Positions 24,297-35,774 of a stretch of DNA of 64,000 nt are shown here, one piece after another; positions within the stretch are counted from its first letter, which is position 1, and each line of letters opens with the position of its first letter. Position numbers and translations under genes: made by a program. The stretch comes from Octopus sinensis (taxonomy: Eukaryota): positions 108,624,001-108,688,000 of the forward strand of contig NC_043000.1 of the NCBI RefSeq assembly GCF_006345805.1, in the 5' to 3' direction. The notes under the pieces were generated by a model that saw only the letters and a program-made list of their open reading frames with translations, was not told the origin of the DNA and did not search any database.

Positions 24297-24745
24297 GTAT
24301 AGCACACACACACACACAAACAACAGGCCAACCAGCCAGCCAGCCAACCAACCAACCAACCAACCAACTATGTACCCAGCCAACCAAACAACCATTTAGC
24401 AAACTTACCAACCAACAAACCAAGGAACAAACCAACAACTAATTGACAGAAGACAACCATCACATTAACTGTCAATAATTAACTAATTGACAGAAGACAA
24501 CCATCACATTAACTGTCAATAATTAACTAATTGCTAATTCAATTAACAGTTGCTAACTAATAATTTACTATTAGTTGTTAACAAGTAATTGTAACAAAGC
24601 ATTTTCTGTTTATTTTTAATTCAAAGATTTTATTTTTATTTTATTCATTACTATATATATATATATATGTTTCAGGGGCAGTTATACAAAAAAATAACAT
24701 CTTCATTTTCAAACATGAATGTAATATGATGATTTTGTTGTTTAA

Positions 24746-24966
24746 CCCTTTAGTGTTCACATCATTCTGCTAAAATCAATGCTTTTTTATCCATGTTGTT
24801 TTGAACTAATCATGCATTATCTTGTAGCTATGAGATTTTGATGAGGTAGCTGTTAATTTTTAAAACGATATTGTAGGGTTGGTGTAAGAGACCAGATACG
24901 ACCAGTTTGAACATAAAACAAGCAGAATACTTTTGGCCGGATATGGCCGGTTTAAATGCTAAAGGG
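24746..24966. mobile_element. piggyBac-type MITE, second copy (reverse of 3398-3617)
   Basis: TTAA-CCCTTTAG...CTAAAGGG-TCAA (one TSD substitution). Internal sequence aligns with the 3398 copy. Confidence 0.8.
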
Positions 24967-25302
24967 TCAAAGGTAATGAGAGACACACACACACTTACAC
25001 ACAGTGATATAAAATAGGGATTTAAGACATTCAGGCAAATAACTCTGCACTTCTTGCAAAATAAACCTGGTTAACAGAATTTCAAATAAGGAATATAAGA
25101 ATCCGTGTTGGTTAAATCCACCGGGTGATCCATACAAACTGCAAATCGGAGGGAGGTTATTCAGCAAGTGATTGATGTGAATGTATATACAAAGTGATGA
25201 TGTATAAAACATAAAAAAATACACATCCATTGGTAATTAAAAGTTCAGTTACCGTGGTTATATATTTGTTATATTTTATGCATCATCTCTTTTTATACTC
25301 TC

Positions 25303-25708
25303 TCTTTACTCTTTTACTCGTTTCAGTCATGTGACTGTGGCCATGCTGGAGCACCGCCTTTAGTCGATCAAATTGACCCCACGACTTATTCTTTGTAAGC
25401 CTAGTACTTATTTTTTCAGCCTCTTTTTTGCCGAACCATTAAGTTACGGGGACGTAAACACACCAGCATCGGTTGTCAAGCGATGTTGGGGGGACAAACA
25501 CAGACACGTAAACACGCACATACATATCTATATATACATATATACGACAGGCTTCTTTCAGTTTCCGTCTACCAAATCCACTCACAAGGCTTTGGTCGGC
25601 CCGAGGCTATAGTAAAAGACACTTACCCAAGGTGCCACGCAGTGGGACTGAACCCGGAACCATGTAGTTCGTAAGCAAGCTACTTACCACACAGCCACTC
25701 CTACGCCT
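25303..25708 (-). mobile_element. SINE family A, full-length, CpG-intact copy (tRNA-derived)
   Basis: Head aggcgtaggagtggctgtgtggtaag...ggttccgggttcagtcccac (A/B boxes), central (TA/CA)n, tail ...gactgaaacgagtaaaagagtaaa. Other copies at about 14640-14750, 27100-27450, 36955-37275, 41405-41600 and 44593-44888 (all -), and 47890-48135 and 52725-52985 (+). It may correspond to a described octopus SINE, but I cannot assign a name. Confidence 0.88.
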
Positions 25709-26464
25709 ATATATAGATGTTTACACAGAAACAGGCAGGAGGTACTGCAATGTTCCTTGGCTTTGGGTAAAAGAAAATATAGGATGATCAGTTAATTATG
25801 ATTTTAGTCAACATATTCACTTCTCAGAGTCACACACTTATTGCAGTGGTTCTTCAGTTTTTCTGTGTCCTGTAAAAGAACTCCGAAGCCTGGGCCACCA
25901 ACCAGGCCTTTCACGATACCCTTAGAGCCAGGAACTTTACAGCACCCCATCATTCACACACACATACACACCCAAGCACATATACACAAAACTTTACATA
26001 CACTGATCTTACACGGATTGTTTTACAGGGTACTCAAAATGTTAAAAGTAGCAGCCATATCACACGGTGACTATAATACAGCATCCTGAAAAAGTGAGAT
26101 ATTGGATAATATGGTCAAAGACCTATTTCTGAAAACAAAGTGGGAGGATAATGTTTGGATTGAGTTCGATGATAGGTTTGTTCTATCAGGCTAAGCAAAC
26201 GCTAAACAATAACACCAGCTACACTTAGATACACACATATATCCACCAAATTATATTCACAAGAAATAAATTATATGTATATATGCAAAAACACATATGT
26301 ATGTGTCAGAGGGGACAATTTTAAAGAGGGCTATGTCCAGTCACTTAGAATAAAGGGCTCAAAAATAAGTGAGAGTGGATAAACACTTAAACCATAATTG
26401 TTAGTGTGACAAAATGTGTTTTGTTTCAGTTGTGGTTCTTACATACATACATATATATATATAT

Positions 26465-26510
<46 letters not shown>

Positions 26511-26519
26511 TATATATAT

Positions 26520-26565
<46 letters not shown>

Positions 26566-26674
26566 ATATATATATATATATAATATATACATATATATAT
26601 ATATATTATATATATATATAGAATATATATATAAGTGAATAATAATACTATGTTTTGTTATTATAAACGATTAT

Positions 26675-26905
26675 ATTTGAGTCAATATGTCTGTTAGGAT
26701 GTTATAATTTTTTTCCTACAATGACATAGTTTTTTGAAGAAATGACTCGTTTCGTGTTCAGCTTTTCCAACTTTCTTACATTGTTAAGAAATTTGAACGA
26801 GTAAGAAATTTGAAAAGCTGAACGCGAAACCGGTCATTTCTTCAACAAACAATGTCATTTAGGAAAAAATTTATAACATCCATTCAGACCTATTGACTCA
26901 AATAT
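26675..26905. repeat. Fold-back inverted repeat of about 230 bp with hammerhead-like motifs
   Basis: gagtcaat...tgaagaaatgac...ttcagcttttc mirrored by gaaaagctgaa...gtcatttcttca...attgactc. Confidence 0.85.
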
Positions 26906-27027
26906 ATATTTTTTAACCTTTTAAACATCAAGCCTTCTGTAGTTTTTTTACTTTTTACATTTTCTATATATTCAACCACGTGCTTTCACACATCAACTTA
27001 GTCTCACCTATGTATGTTATATATATA

Positions 27028-27063
<36 letters not shown>

Positions 27064-27520
27064 TACACACATACATTGACATAAGCTTTTATCTTTTACT
27101 TGTTTTGGTCATTAGACTGCAGCCATGGTTGGGCAGCATCTTGAAGAAGTTTTAATCAAAGAAACTGGCCCCCCACTACTATCATTTTTTTTTATGTAGA
27201 GTTAAGTTACAGCGATGTAAACATACCAACACCGGTTGTCAATTAGTGGTGTAGGACAAACATGGGTATTAAGAGACATCACATACACATATACATGATG
27301 GGCTTCTTTCAGTTTCCATCTGTAACTGAAATCCACCCACAAATCTACTCACAAGGCTTTGGTTAGTCTGAGCCTACAGTAGAAGACACACAGTGGGATT
27401 GAACCTGGAATTATGTAGTTGAGAAGCAAACTTCTCATGACATAGCCAGAATTAGTATGGGAAGATGTATATGTGTTAGAGGCAACTGATTAACTACTTT
27501 AGTATGTATGTATGTACATA

Positions 27521-27553
<33 letters not shown>

Positions 27554-27816
27554 ATATGCTTACACTCTACTATAGAATCCAGTCATAGATTTTAGTCAAC
27601 ATTTGTAAAAAAAAAAAGCCATGTCTTCATATACACTGTCTTTGTACAGTGTGAAAATATATACAGATATCAACAAAATAGATTACAAACAACATACCCT
27701 ATCACTATGAGACAAATGTAACTTAAGAACTATATATCACTCAGAGATTTATTATTTTTATATATATGGCCACAGCTCGTGAGCTGAAACTAGAATCAAT
27801 CAATCATATATATATA

Positions 27817-28209
27817 TCTATATATATAAAAGTGAGGTTGTGTGGTGTCTGTCTCCTACGATTTAGATTCCTAACTACTCCCACATTTTGCGGTGCAGTT
27901 TAACCAAAAGCGGGTATCTTATAGTCGTGATTCATATCGAGCCCTTCTCGGTATTAGCACGCATCTACGGTGAGTCTACGATTTAAAAAAATTTTACCAT
28001 CATTTTTTTCCCATTTTTAATGCATTTTTGGCATATATATGGGAAGTAACTCTCTAAAAATGTATTTATTAAATCTCAGAACGTAAAAAGCTACAGTAAC
28101 ACCCCCCTTTGTGGTTAGCCATATTGAGATGGCTATTACTTTACATCTCTAAAAATGCTTATATAGTTATTTCCCTTACAACCCGAGCAACGCCGGGCGA
28201 TACTGCTAG
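27817..28209 (+). mobile_element. Non-autonomous Helitron (393 bp)
   Basis: 5' TC start after A, subterminal hairpin CCCG-AGCAACGC-CGGG, 3' CTAG followed by T (A|T insertion site). No TSD. Confidence 0.85.
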
Positions 28210-28495
28210 TATATATATATATATATATGTATATATATGGAAAAAAGTCAAAGTAGAAAATGCTAAAATAATTTTATAAAAAACATTTCAGTACCAGTTT
28301 CAGTCATTGAGACTTTTTCAACTGTAAGTATGGAAAAGAATTAAATTTTGGAAAGATTAAATGAAAAGTATTTTAAAAGAATATTTACATAGTATTCAAA
28401 CACAAGGGGCATGTTCCTTGTTTCTGCCTGTACTGTCCCTCTTTTTATTTGTGCTGGTAAGAACAAAGCTCCTGAAATGGCTGGAAAAATTCAAA

Positions 28496-28568
28496 GGATT
28501 GCTTTAGTGCAATGGTAGATCATCTGTCATGTTTACAGAAGATGTAGGTTCAAGTCCCACAGACAACC
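28496..28568 (+). pseudogene. Degenerate tRNA-like sequence (73 nt; tRNA pseudogene or SINE head)
   Basis: A-box TAGTGCAATGG, 5-bp arm TCTGT/ACAGA with a 7-nt loop, T-arm GTAGG-TTCAAGT-CCCAC. Acceptor and D stems are imperfect. Confidence 0.45.
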
Positions 28569-30169
28569 TTTGCCATCCAAGGACGTCTTTTTAAACCCAT
28601 ATTTATTTGCTATTATTTATAGATTTATCTGCTTCACATTCTACTCTTAAAGACATATTCATAGACACATAAACGAGCCTGGTTCAGTGGGAAATATATT
28701 CATCATCATCATTGTTATGTATTGATACATATATAACAAATGCAGTCATGATTTTAAATGAGGCTTTTATTTACTATGGCGTTTTATAATTTGGCTGGGT
28801 ATTGCTGGATGCTTTTCTACTGTGCAAACTAATTCTTCTTCTTCTTCTTCTAAAATCTATGTGCTATAGGAGGTAAACAAAGGTAAACTCATTTTATTAT
28901 TCTCTTCTCAAACTGAAGACAAAATGGAGATTATTCTAACATGATCCATGGCTGGTTGGCCACACTTCAGGGGATTAATATCCCTTTACTTTTCTGCCCA
29001 CAGAAAGAAATTGACAGCTATTTCTCTCTTTCTCTTTTACCTCCACATTCACTGTGGTAAGTTGCCAGCATTTTATCAACTGGTTCATTTAACTGCTAAA
29101 AATTTAGCAACTGGTTTGTGCTAAGCTACCAAATATTATTCCAGATTTGGCAATAAAATTAAATATTGCATCATTAAGATATTGCTGAATTAATAGAATA
29201 TAATATTAAAGTAGAAAAAATTTAGAATAAAAAAAAAATGCTGGTTTCCCGTTTGGAACAACACACCAATATTAAATATGGAAGATCATGAAAGTTTTTC
29301 TTTTTTTTTTGCCATAAGCATTATAAAATATATTATGACATCACTATAGCCCTACTTCTATGAATGAGGGTATTGGGAACAAAAATAGAGCTGAGGGCTC
29401 AGTTTGGTGGGGAGAAACAATGCACAATTATTATACACTATATATCTATTTACACACATATATAAACAAATGAAGCCAAACTGGCTTTGCAACCTTCTAT
29501 GCTCCTGGAAAAGGGGCTAGCAGGCAGAAATGTTATTGTGTGAGATAAACAGATAAGATGCTTGGCAGAATTTCTTCCAACCCTTTACATTCTGAGTTCA
29601 AATCCTGTCATCATCAACTTTTCCCGTTATCCTTTCAGGATTGAACGCTGAGGTCAATGTAATCAGCTTATCCCTTCCCCTTAAATTGCTGACCTTGTGC
29701 CATACTTTGAAATTGTTATATGCTAATGGGAAGAGCAAATCCCTGTGCCCTACATACACAACCACAGTATTGGGGTTCTTCAATAATGAGGTCCCCAGTG
29801 CCCTAAGAAGGCACTTACTCGAGTGCATTTTCTAATCCTCATTATAGCAAATAAACTTTACTGATTTTCCAAACTTAATATTGAAGTAAAAATCTTTACA
29901 TGGTAATTAATTCATACTGGAAAAATATTTATGGACCAAATGAACTTTAAACGATGTTTGTGCTGTAGGGTGAAGTCATTTCAAGTGTGACACTATTGAA
30001 ACATTAATTAACATAGAAACTTTTCTGTGTTGGTCTCTTTTTCTGTGCGCAGCAAAATTTAACAATCGGCTCTCATTTGAAATTAAAATATTATGTAAAC
30101 AAATGGATCATGTAAACTGGTGTAAACGCTCTATTGTATATATATATATATATAATATAATATATAATA

Positions 30170-30622
30170 TATTTATATTATATTAAATTAGAAACAAACC
30201 ACTATTAGGCAAATCATACAATGAAAACTTAAGCCAATACATAAGATTATTTAATTTATATTTAAATATATAACAAAATTATTAAAAAAATATAATTAAT
30301 ATATCACTACGATCATTTCATGGCTGTTAATTTCTTTAAATTTTCGAGTTACAGTCATCATCAGGTGGTTTAAATATTTATCTTGGCGAGGTTTAAACAA
30401 TGAACTCGCCAAGATAAATATTTAAACCCTGATGAATGACTGTAACTCGAAATTTAAAGAAATTAACAGCCATGAAACGATCGTAGTGATATATTAATTA
30501 TTTTTTTTAATAATTTTGTTATATATTTAAATATAAATTAAATAATCTTATGTATTGGCTTCAGTTTTTCATTGTATGATTTGCCTAATAGTGGTTTGTC
30601 TCTAATTTAATATAATATAATA
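30170..30622. repeat. Fold-back inverted repeat of about 450 bp (pLTR-like) with a hammerhead motif in each arm
   Basis: Arms about 30170-30390 and 30405-30622 are reverse-complementary with few indels. Loop about 14 nt. Confidence 0.92.
30305..30367 (-). ncRNA. Minimal type I hammerhead ribozyme motif (Penelope type)
   Basis: CAC-CTGATGA-stem II (TGACTGT...ACAGCCAT)-GAAA-TGATCG-TA-GTG. Intact core, stem I CAC/GTG, GUA cleavage triplet. Mirror copy at 30426-30488 (+) has the perfect palindrome ACGATCGT. Confidence 0.65.
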
Positions 30623-30693
30623 TTTTACTATAAAATTGGATTCAATCCTAAATTTGATTTTTCCCTGTAAGTTTGGATTTATTCCCTAATATT

Positions 30694-30728
<35 letters not shown>

Positions 30729-30739
30729 TACATCCTTTA

Positions 30740-30769
<30 letters not shown>

Positions 30770-30773
<4 letters not shown>

Positions 30774-31535
30774 GAAAAAAATATAAACAAATGACAAAAA
30801 TGTATACTGAATGTGAAAATAAACATGAGATAAACAGAAAGTCCATAATTCTTCATCAGTTATCGACCAATGGTACTTTTTTCAGTTTCACACATTTAAT
30901 GATAAGACCGAATGCTTCCCAATTGGCGGGGCCTGTAAAAAAAGTTGTGTTTTTTTTTGTGTAGGATTAGGGACAAGAGCAAACAACACAGTGTGATTTA
31001 GGATGGTGGACAAGGACAAACAGTTGAACAAAATACGGCCTTTCTACTTACTCTCTTTCTCTCCCTCCCTCTTTGATTCCTAGCCTTTCTCTTTCCCCTT
31101 CATCCACTTCCCCTTTCTTTTCTCTGTCGATCTCTCTCCCTGCTGCAGCCAGTTCTTTTTCTTCCTTTCTTAGACTGGTCTCTTAGCTGACCAGTCACAA
31201 ATTCTGTCTCTCCATTCTCCTTCATTCAAAATATTTTCTAAGTGTTATTCACCGTTCTCATCTTCTGAGCCCCAAGGCCGTATTTCGTTCAACTGTTCAC
31301 CCTCCTAAATCACATTCTGTGTTGTTTCGTTTTGTTTGCTCTTATCCCTAATTCTATGTGAAAAATTGTTTTTTTTTGCAAGCACTGCCATTTGGGAAGC
31401 ATTCAGTCTTATCGCTGAAGGATGCAAAACTAAAAAAAAGTACCATTGGTCGATAACTGATGAAGAATTATGGACTTTCTGTTTATCACATGTTTATTTT
31501 TACATTCAGTATACATTTTTGTCATTTGTTTATAT
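30770..31535. repeat. Inverted repeat pair (about 30770-31020 and 31290-31535) around a CT-rich spacer
   Basis: aatgaaaaaaatataaacaaatgac...cttcatcagttatcgaccaatggtac mirrored by gtaccattggtcgataactgatgaag...gtcatttgtttatata. Confidence 0.85.
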
Positions 31536-31857
31536 ATTTTTTTCATTTATCAAGTAATGGAATGCAACAAACACCAAATTTATATATCTATATACACACA
31601 CACAAACAAGCTCATACACACATGCACATATATTTATTAGTTATTACTGTTTTATATACTGACAATAAATTTTTAAAATCTCCAAAGAATAAGCTCAATC
31701 ACCGGAGTGCCACACACACATGTGCACACACTTTTTGCCACACTGTAATGACACTATCATGTCTCTACATTTAATGCATTCTGGAGCTTTAATCATGACA
31801 GGTGGGTTTAATACTGAAATGCATTATCACACACACACACACACACTTATATGTATA

Positions 31858-31902
<45 letters not shown>

Positions 31903-31909
31903 CATATAA

Positions 31910-31952
<43 letters not shown>

Positions 31953-31982
31953 CATACATATAAGTGTGTGTGTGTATATATG

Positions 31983-32013
<31 letters not shown>

Positions 32014-32823
32014 GTGCACGTTTGTGTATGTATTTATGAATGTAGATATATGTATGTATATATATATGTGTGTATATATATATCCTGTCTTATACTAAAA
32101 TAATAATCTTTTACTGAATTATACCAATGAGTTCCATGTATTTAATTAGCAATTTTTTAATAATAAATTGGAAATCACTTACATTTTATATTTAATAATT
32201 AATATTTATAGTTTTGGTCTGAGTAGGCACTTCTTTGCTTGCCTACCCAGATGGCACATCCCTTACACACACACACACACACACACTTAAAATCCAGCCA
32301 AGTTGAGCTTTAACTTTCATTCTTTTGGAATTAATAAATAAAACACCAGTCATGTGCTGGACTTGATTCTCGTTTCTCTCTGTCTGTCTGTCTGTCTTTC
32401 AGAATCAGTTAAATTGTGCACAAAGGAAGTTCATGGTAAACTGCTCATAGATCCCTTTATACCCAAACCGTTTTCTTCTGAAAATGAGAAAAGTTTGGGT
32501 GAGTGGTGAGCAACTTATAAAAAGAACAAATAAAATTAATAGGCAGTGGAATAAAATGAATAAAATAAAGAAGGGGAAGAAAAAGAAGCTAAAATAGGGA
32601 GGTGTTTAGGGGTGGAAAAAAAAATAAAAGAAGAGAAAGACAAAGTGAAGAAAGAAGGATGAATGGTCCAGATGAGAAAACACCATATATAATCGAAAGA
32701 CATGATATGGATAGTACTGTGGAAGCCAGAGGCATATATTAATGAAACAAAGAAGTACAGGCTTTGAGATGGTACGAATTTTATAAAATCTCAAAAGAGT
32801 GTAATATCTGCCTTAACCCATTT

Positions 32824-33935
32824 TTTGCCAAAATTTTTCTGGTGAATGAAATTGCCTGAAATTTCACAGATACTATTATTTTGACCTAAATAACAACTGT
32901 AAAACAATTTCATTGATTTCTGTTTGATACAGACTGCATACGCATTAAGAACGTGTTTCATTCTTTGATACAGATCAAACACTAGTCACAATTTGTATCA
33001 AGTTTTATGCCCTTATAAATTGTCAGTTTAAACGTCGGCATGAATGGGTTAACTTCAAAATGAAACCTTCACATGGTGCCTTCTGATGAGTAAATACATA
33101 CTAATTGGAAAGCTCAGCTTTGAGTAACATACTACCTTTAAGACCATCTTATCATGAAGGGTCATCATCATCATTTTATATCCAATGATTTTCCTTGTAA
33201 GCATCGGTTGAACTGCTCAGCAGGATCTGGCCAGCCAAATACCCCAGATTACTCTAACATCTTGTTTTGGCATGATTTCTATGGTTGAATGGTCTTCTTG
33301 GCACCAACAGTATATTTTTATGTGCAGATGTGGTGAAAGTATACAAACATTTGTTCATAAGAATAACCACTACATTTGCCAAAATTTTTCTGGTGAATGA
33401 AATTGCCTGAAATTTCACAGATACTATTATTTTGACCTAAATAACAACTGTAAAACAATTTCATTGATTTCTGTTTGATACAGACTGCATACGCATTAAG
33501 AACGTGTTTCATTCTTTGATACAGATCAAACACTAGTCACAATTTGTATCAAGTTTTATGCCCTTATAAATTGTCAGTTTAAACAGTCGGCATGAATGGG
33601 TTAACTTCAAAAATGAAACCTTCACATGGTGCCTTCTGATGAGTAAATACATACTAATTGGAAAGCTCAGCTTTTGAGTAACATACTACCTTTAAGAACC
33701 ATCTTATCATGAAGGGTCATCATCATCATTTTATATCCAATTGATTTTCCTTGTAAGCATCGGTTGAACTGCTCAGCAGGATCTGGCCAGCCAAAATACC
33801 CCAGATTACTCTAACATCTTAGTTTTGGCATGATTTCTATGGTTGAATGGTCTTCTTGGCACCAACAGTATATATTTATGTGCAGATGTTGGTGAAAGTA
33901 TAACCAACATTTGTTCATAAGAATGAACCACTACA
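32824..33935. repeat. Direct tandem duplication 551 bp + 561 bp
   Basis: Copy A 32824-33374 and copy B 33375-33935. About the first 200 bp are identical; later differences are mostly 1-bp insertions in B. Confidence 0.95.
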
Positions 33936-34090
33936 CCCACACCTTGATTCCATCCCTTCTTCCATACTTAACATTACACAGAGAGTGAAGTATGTCATCA
34001 GATCTGGGAACGTAATATTCTAGGTGTATGATGAAGTGTACTAAATTTGTCGTTTCCCACAAAATATGCTTGTAAAATAGGGGTACACCT

Positions 34091-35774
34091 TATAATAATA
34101 ATAATAATAATAATAAAACATTGTGTACAGTGCTCAGGTGCACTACAACTCATCTAAAGTGTATGTATAATACATAGGGTAATGTACAAGCGTCAGGAAA
34201 AGAACAGTGCATGAGTCATGGCATACACATATGTGTATGAGTATGGAAGGGGACAATCAGGTGTAGTTTCGGAAAGCATGAGGGCCTGTCCGAACATCAT
34301 GGGAGCTGTGGCTGTTTTCTGCTTAGAAGGCATGTCCCCGTGTGTTGGACACATGGAGATCAAAAGGGTGTTCAGTGTTGTTGTTGGTGAGGGTGGTTTG
34401 ATACTTTGTGGGTGTTTACCAAGTCCATTGCCAGATGCCGGAGCTTCTGTGAATCCATGCCCAGGGAAACAAGGCACTCAGAGTATGGTAGGTGTCTGAT
34501 GGAGGGTATGCGTTTGGTTGCACGTCTCTGAACAGATTCCAGGAGGTCAATGTTCTGAGCAAGATAGGGGTTCCAAACTGATGATGCGAATTCCAAGTGT
34601 GGTCGTACCATAGCTGTATACAGCTTTAAATAGATGGCTGGAGAGCGGCTAACAAAGGTCTTGCTGAGTGATGCCAAGACACCCTCGGCTTTCTTGACAA
34701 TTTTAGAGATATGCTTTGTCCAACGCAAATCACTGCTGACAGTGATGCCTAGGTCACGCTCGCAAGAGGATTTCTTGATATCAGTGTTGTGGAGGGAGTA
34801 TGTGGACGCAGGGTTTTTTCTCCCAAAATGCATGGTGGTACACTTGTTCACAGCTAGTCTGTGATCCATTGCTGCATTGTGTCCAGGTCTGATTGCAGGA
34901 AAGAGTTGTAGACATCAGGATCTGTCCTCTTAATTTCAAGGTACAGCTTGATGTCGTCTGCATATTTCAATACTGTGGCATTCTTTAAATTGGCATCTAT
35001 GTCATTAATGTATGCCACAAACAAGAGGGGACAAGAACAGATCCCTGTGGTACACCCGATGACATCTCATGGTGTAGAATGCTGTCCTAGAACTGTGACT
35101 ACCTCCTTTCGGCTGAGAATGAAGGATTTCAACCAGTTAAAAAGATCATCCCTCACACCCATTGCAGAGAGTTTCACCATAAGCCTTTTGTGTGGCACAG
35201 AATTAAAAGCCTTAGCAAAGTCAAGGTAGACAACATCCACCCATGAGCCACTGTCAGTGATCTGGGTAATGTCCTCAAGGAACTCGACAAGCTGATCACT
35301 GCAGCTGGAGTTAGGGACAAATCCATATTGTGAGGGTCGGATGAGACTGTGAGAGCTCCAGAAGGTCCAAAGTGTTTCTTTGACACACGATTCCATCAGT
35401 TTTGCAATACAGCTAGTGAGACAGACTGGGCTATAGTTGACAGGTGATGTGCGGTCGCCCTTTTTGAACAGAGGAATGACACTGGCAGTTTTCCACTGCT
35501 CCGGAGTAGCACCATTGTTGAGACAGTACTGGAAAAAAATAGAAAGCTGGTGTAAAAGGAAGTACCTGCCACGTTTGAGAAGCAGGTATGTAACGCCATC
35601 AAGACCAGGGGAGGCATAGTTGCGCTTATTTTGAAGGTGACGTCGCAGCATTGCAGGTGTAAATTTCATAGTTGTTATGGAATTTGCTGTTAGAGATGGT
35701 GAAGATGGTACATTTTGATTTTCAACAGTGAATATGTTTGCATGGCACTCGGCAATGAGTTCTGCACATTCCAA
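34091..35774 (-). mobile_element. 5'-truncated CR1/Jockey-group LINE (RT and 3' UTR)
   Basis: PGLDGV, WKTASVIPLFKKG, YLDFAKAFNSVPH, RDLGITVSSDL and VRPHLEFASSVWNPY. (TTA)n tail at about 34091-34115. The same 3' end recurs at about 21320-21390 (+). Confidence 0.9.

Noticed and set aside
33078-33125. CTGATGA...GAAA in the duplicated block
   Set aside because: No stem II adjacent to GAAA and no stem I complement.
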